A stretch of DNA of 64,000 nucleotides from contig JAGTQC010000001.1 in the NCBI GenBank assembly GCA_018396535.1, positions 128,001 to 192,000 on the forward strand, in the 5' to 3' direction. Shown in pieces: positions 60,997 through 64,000 of the stretch; within the stretch, counting starts at the first letter, position 1, and the number at the start of each line of letters is the position of its first letter. The DNA comes from Candidatus Bathyarchaeota archaeon. GTDB lineage: Archaea > Thermoproteota > CALKCG01 > B24 > DRYS01. The notes beneath the pieces were generated by a model, which was not told where the DNA came from, did not search any database, and worked only from the letters and a program-made list of their open reading frames with translations. The position numbers and the translations under genes were made by a program.

Positions 60997-61924
60997 GAGG
61001 GATACCTAAAGCCCTTCTTAACCCGTTATACCTATTCCTTATAGTTACCTCGGTAACCCCTGCAGCTTCAGCTACATCCTTCTGCGTGATCTTCTCTCCC
61101 TCATCTACGCAAGCCATGTACAGTGCTGCAGCTGCTAAACCTACCGGGTCTTTACCTGCACATGCCTTAAGCTCCTGGCATTTCCTTAGTATCTCTATCG
61201 CCTTCCTCTGAATCTTCTCGCTTAAACCAAGCCTAGAAGCTATCTTAGCTACATACTTAACAGGATCTGCTACAGGCATCTTAAGGTTAAGCTCCTTTAT
61301 AAGGAGTCTATAGCATCTAGCTATATCCTTCTTCTTAACTATACTAGCATCAGCTAGCTCCTTAAGGGTTCTAGGTATATTAGAAGCTCTACATGCAGCA
61401 TAGAGTGATGCAGCTGCGATAGCAGCTATCGATCTACCCCTAACCAAACCAGATTCTAAAGCCTTCCTGTATATTATAGCAGCTTTCTCCTTCACAGGAG
61501 ATGGTAGACCAAGCCTATCTGATAACCTATCCAATTCAGCCATAGCTTGACTTAAATTCCTATCTATAGATGAGTGTACTCTGGAACGTATCTGCCAATG
61601 TCTAAGTCTAAGCATCTGAAGCCTAGCTTCCACAGATAGACTCCTACCAAAGGCATCCTTACTTATATTAGTTATAGTTGTCGAAAGACCTTTATCATGG
61701 ATAGAGAAGCTTAACGGAATACCTGTACGACTCCTCTCCTCCTTCTCCTCCTGTGTGAATGCACGCCATTCAGGCCCCTGATCCATTAGCTTACTCTGAA
61801 TAACAGTACCGCAAATACCACAGAAAACCTCGCCTCTCTCATAATCATAGATAAGCTTCTTAGATCCACAACTAGGACAGCTATTTACCTCCTCCTCGAG
61901 TTTCTCCTCCAACCCAGCCTCCAT
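60971..61924 (-). CDS. tfb: transcription initiation factor IIB
   Basis: CPSC..C..C zinc ribbon, GPEWRAF and GVTEVTIRNRY motifs. Confidence 0.97.
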   Translation of the reverse strand: MEAGLEEKLEEEVNSCPSCGSKKLIYDYERGEVFCGICGTVIQSKLMDQGPEWRAFTQEEKEERSRTGIPLSFSIHDKGLSTTITNISKDAFGRSLSVEARLQMLRLRHWQIRSRVHSSIDRNLSQAMAELDRLSDRLGLPSPVKEKAAIIYRKALESGLVRGRSIAAIAAASLYAACRASNIPRTLKELADASIVKKKDIARCYRLLIKELNLKMPVADPVKYVAKIASRLGLSEKIQRKAIEILRKCQELKACAGKDPVGLAAAALYMACVDEGEKITQKDVAEAAGVTEVTIRNRYNGLRRALGIPLTGIPQKL

Positions 61925-62005
61925 ATAGATTCTCCACCCCCAGAGTCGATCCCTAGAATGTAGGTCATTTCAACTCTTAAAGCAAGAGAAATCCCTCAAT
62001 ACAAC

Positions 62006-62049
62006 TATATAAACCTTTCGATCACCGACAAACTATAGAAAACCTTAAA
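62006..62049. promoter_or_regulatory. divergent BRE/TATA promoters for tfb and tRNA-Leu
   Basis: GAAAGGTTTATATA on the minus strand (62019-62006); GAAAACCTTAAA on the plus strand (62038-62049). Confidence 0.7.
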
Positions 62050-62077
62050 CCTTCAAAATCACTAATAACTAATAGAT

Positions 62078-62201
62078 GCGGGGGTGGCCGAGCGGGACAA
62101 AGGCGCAGGACTTAAGATCGTAGAAGCCTACGATAAAAGGGCTGAGACGATGGGTTATCCTGTGGGGTAGCCCTTCGTGGGTTCAAATCCCACCCCCCGC
62201 A
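62078..62201 (+). tRNA. tRNA-Leu(TAA) with a 40-nt intron at 37/38 (62117-62156)
   Basis: CAGGA-CTTAAG|intron|A-TCCTG; BHB formed by CUUA/UGGG with AGA and UUA bulges; 3' half identical to tRNA-Leu(CAG). Confidence 0.93.
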
Positions 62202-62389
62202 CTATTCTAATAATACCAAGATACTACTCTTAGAAAAAGCCGGAGCAGACTAGCAGATCATAGAAAAGCTCTTGCAGGAGGGCGGGTTAATAAGACTTGA
62301 ATATTATTGAAAAGAGTACTATGTAATAAAGTCCATATCATGAAACCTTTGAGAGATTGTTCAAACGTAGCACTAATCTTTAGTTGAGA

Positions 62390-63313
62390 TCAAAATCTAA
62401 ACATCTTATACAGCGGATGATTTTTAGTTAGAGGTCTTATTCCTAGACTTCTCGCATAGTAGGCTATTATTGCATCAATCATTGCACAAGCGGGGAAGAC
62501 ATACTTTGCTTTTGCAATTGAGCCGTAAATAATGAAGTTTGCACCCCTAAGCTGAGTTAAAGCCAACGCTCCACCTCTACACGCTATCTTCGCATCTTTC
62601 CCTAAACCCCTGCTCTTGCTCCATTTCCCCACAACGCCTATCGGCGCAGTTCCAGCTGGTAGACCGAACTTCTCTTTGGCCAAGTAAACCCCGTGGACAG
62701 CAAAACCTATACTTGGAACATCAAGGACCGGCATAAATAATAGGGGTTTTTCTATACCAGCTTTTAAAGCTCTAGCAATTAACCCTTCTTTTCCAGGAAC
62801 TCCTTCGAGGATTTGGATCATTCCATTGGGATAAGGATTTTTAGGGTTAAATGCTTGGATGATAGCTGTCTTTAATTCTGTCTCTCTAATCGCTGTAATC
62901 TCTTCATCGCTTAACGTATAATTTATCGAGTTGTAAACTGCTCTATCTTGGAGGCCGGCATCCTTCACGTAATTTGCCGCCTTAATTCTGGTGGATGCAT
63001 TAGGTCCGTTTATTAGGAAGGGACTATCGGTAACATCCGCTACAAACTCAATATATTTTATGATGGCTTGAGGGTTCTCTCCAACAACATCAAGCATGCA
63101 TGGAATACCGGTTTTATCAGACATCTCCTCCTGAATATTTATCAAGTTCTCGGCCTCAGATCTGTCAAATATGCCTAAAGAGCGATCTATAACTATTTTG
63201 TGCCCTTCATGAAAAATGCTCCCAACCAAAACTGTAGGCAGCTCCCCAGGCTGCCCACCTACCTTCACCCCTCCAACCTCAAAAATTTCCTGTCTTCTTC
63301 CAAACTTAAACAA
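62390..63313 (-). CDS. mtrH: MtrH-family corrinoid:pterin methyltransferase
   Basis: MFKF...GGQPGELPTVLVGSIF..GH, YNSIN and HPLYKMF motifs; GGTGA SD before TTG 63313. Confidence 0.88.
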   Translation of the reverse strand: MFKFGRRQEIFEVGGVKVGGQPGELPTVLVGSIFHEGHKIVIDRSLGIFDRSEAENLINIQEEMSDKTGIPCMLDVVGENPQAIIKYIEFVADVTDSPFLINGPNASTRIKAANYVKDAGLQDRAVYNSINYTLSDEEITAIRETELKTAIIQAFNPKNPYPNGMIQILEGVPGKEGLIARALKAGIEKPLLFMPVLDVPSIGFAVHGVYLAKEKFGLPAGTAPIGVVGKWSKSRGLGKDAKIACRGGALALTQLRGANFIIYGSIAKAKYVFPACAMIDAIIAYYARSLGIRPLTKNHPLYKMFRF

Positions 63314-63369
63314 TGCATTCACCACGTGATCTTCAAGAATATTCATTCAATAGAGGTTTTTATTAGCCT

Positions 63370-63660
63370 TTATCCAAACTTTGACATGTTTTCTCTTATT
63401 GCTTCTGCAACTCTCATACCAGGCTCCACTATGATAATTTTTATACCATGATAGTTAAGCAACTCTAAGGTGCCGGGTCCTATCTCCGCTGCTAACACAA
63501 AATTCACGTTAAAATCCGCTAGGTGTTTTGCAACTATGGATTCGGAGCCATGCCTATATGATGGCGGATTCTCGATAACCTGTACGCTTACAATCTCCCT
63601 ATTCTCAACCTTAAAACAATAATCAGCATAATTAAGCCAAAGAGGGTAGACGTAATTCAT
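63370..63660 (-). pseudogene. NifB/NifX-family protein lacking its N-terminus
   Basis: VIENP...HG...GPG...VAEAI are present; the KIAV...FGRA segment is absent. Confidence 0.65.
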
Positions 63661-64000
63661 ACAAAGATGCCCAGGCTAAATATCACAAACACATGGGGAA
63701 GACATGACTGCGAAACTTTATCAATCATTAAAGGATGGACAAATAACTCTTCTTAACTCTTCGCATAACTTCGATCTAATCTATATTTCTACTGGAAAGC
63801 ATGAGGCTAGCGATCGTTTATAGAGATGGATATATAAGGTTTTAATATTCATGAAGAGTTTCGATCCATAAACCTATGTAGACTAGTATACTCTTCATAA
63901 CGATCTATGTGGCTATACGATTAGTTTAGATATGTCGATCTTCAATATGATGTATGTATGCTTTTACTAAAATTATAATTTTATTAACTTTAAATAAATA

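Noticed and set aside
1-64000. TAG recoding (pyrrolysine), CRISPR arrays, rRNA, transposases, and the many short antisense ORFs
   Set aside because: Many conserved genes end at TAG at the expected length; no spaced repeats, rRNA or transposase motifs were seen; antisense ORFs are shadows of well-supported genes.

Overview
Gene-dense chromosomal segment from a TACK/Thermoproteota archaeon, most plausibly Bathyarchaeia-like and thermophilic (inference from PolD DP2, Elf1, L38e, TIP49, AOR and MtrH occurring together). The core (~11.6-56.8 kb, 59-62 kb) holds housekeeping genes: a purP pair, the S19e-PDCD5-L39e-L31e-eIF6-LX-prefoldin-ftsY superoperon, L40e/L38e, polC, srp54, hisS, tfb, NAD salvage, and lysM plus homocitrate synthase. 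There are five tRNA genes: Lys-TTT, Leu-CAG, Val-CAC, Val-TAC and an intron-containing Leu-TAA. Accessory segments abut tRNA 3' ends. The first is a decaying 9.7-kb fdhD-nadA-trp-trxB block (trpF and trxB pseudogenes, TrpG lacking its catalytic Cys). The others are an orphan PqqD/RRE-Yip1 operon, a frameshifted secreted protein with a PVGG-TM tail, and a solo mtrH. Best leads: (1) the enzyme-less RRE + duplicated-domain + Yip1 operon; (2) apparent CTG initiation of three essential genes (ftsY, eIF6, polC); (3) a Trp-codon leader ORF that is +1 out of frame with trpE, next to TrpY-like boxes; (4) a candidate PVGG C-terminal sorting signal. No CRISPR array, rRNA, integrase or transposase was seen. 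All family calls come from motif recognition, not database searches.
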